DNA of 58,891 nucleotides, the filler included. It is 3 parts of 3 records of this genome, joined end to end, with 100 filler letters (N's around TTAATTAATTAA, not from the genome) between each part and the next. Parts side by side here need not be neighbours in the genome. Positions count along the whole stretch, not along the records: positions 49,775 to 58,891 come from DRR378314_609; 2 more parts are not named here. One strand, given 5' to 3'. Of this stretch, positions 58,489-58,891 are shown one piece after another. Positions within the stretch are counted from its first letter, which is position 1. Every line of letters starts with the position of its first letter. The position numbers were made by a program, and so were the translations under genes. Under the pieces are notes generated by a model, which made no database searches, was not told the origin of the DNA, and saw only the letters and a list, made by a program, of their open reading frames with translations.

Positions 58489-58804
58489 GTGCGACAGGTC
58501 GCACATGCGCCGTTCCCGCACTGTGTTGCTTTGCAATCCATGATAGACACGGGCGTAATTGCATGAATGCAAACAAAGAGCACGTGTGTCTCGCGGAGAA
58601 AGATAAGGAGGGAAGCGGCTGTGGGAGTACACCAACTCCGTACCGCAGAAGAGAGGCGCGCGTTTCACGCGGGAGCGCCGCGCTAGCCTGTCGTTTGCCG
58701 GCGCGCGACCAAGTGACGTGCAAAAAGGGACAGAAATTACGACTGTGGAGGAAGTGGCTGTGCGAGTTGGCGAGCGAGTGTGTCAGAGGAGTTTCGAGGA
58801 TGAA

Positions 58805-58891
<87 letters not shown>

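Overview
The window is three contigs joined by two artificial 100-bp spacers (44 N + TTAATTAATTAA + 44 N, at 27126-27225 and 49675-49774). Contig 1 (1-27125) is gene-dense and bacterial, probably Rhodobacteraceae/Roseobacter-group (inferred from gene content and style). It holds a Wzx-type polysaccharide locus: priming sugar transferase, CpsD/CapB-like protein without the Walker A Lys, Wzz/GumC co-polymerase, flippase and GT4. Next to it is a translationally coupled 7-gene operon: type I PKS (KS-AT-KR[DH insert]-ACP-TE), GT2, an NRPS-like formyltransferase-A(Gly, split by a luciferase-like monooxygenase)-PCP protein, PPTase, two paralogous SGNH-like proteins (one fused to a putative glycoside hydrolase) and GT2. 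The best candidate system is an assembly line making an N-formylglycine-derived acyl unit that decorates a surface glycan (inference). A Trp/Gly/Asp-rich low-complexity ORF missed by the ORF track runs off the left edge. Contigs 2 (27226-49674) and 3 (49775-58891) are from an intron-rich eukaryote with GT-AG introns of ~170-730 nt and mostly GTRCG donors. They carry the WDR92 last exon, a 7-exon RRP41, a ~2950-aa EML5/6-like gene, a 7-exon MutY, a CaMK last exon, a tRNA(Ala)-like 3' fragment and an ankyrin/coiled-coil gene. They also carry an intronless type I membrane GH38 alpha-mannosidase-like protein that has lost its nucleophile and has an I9-like prodomain and sorting motifs. A strongly base-paired intergenic element at 32615-32770 is a candidate ncRNA. 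All family calls come from reading motifs by eye; no searches were run.
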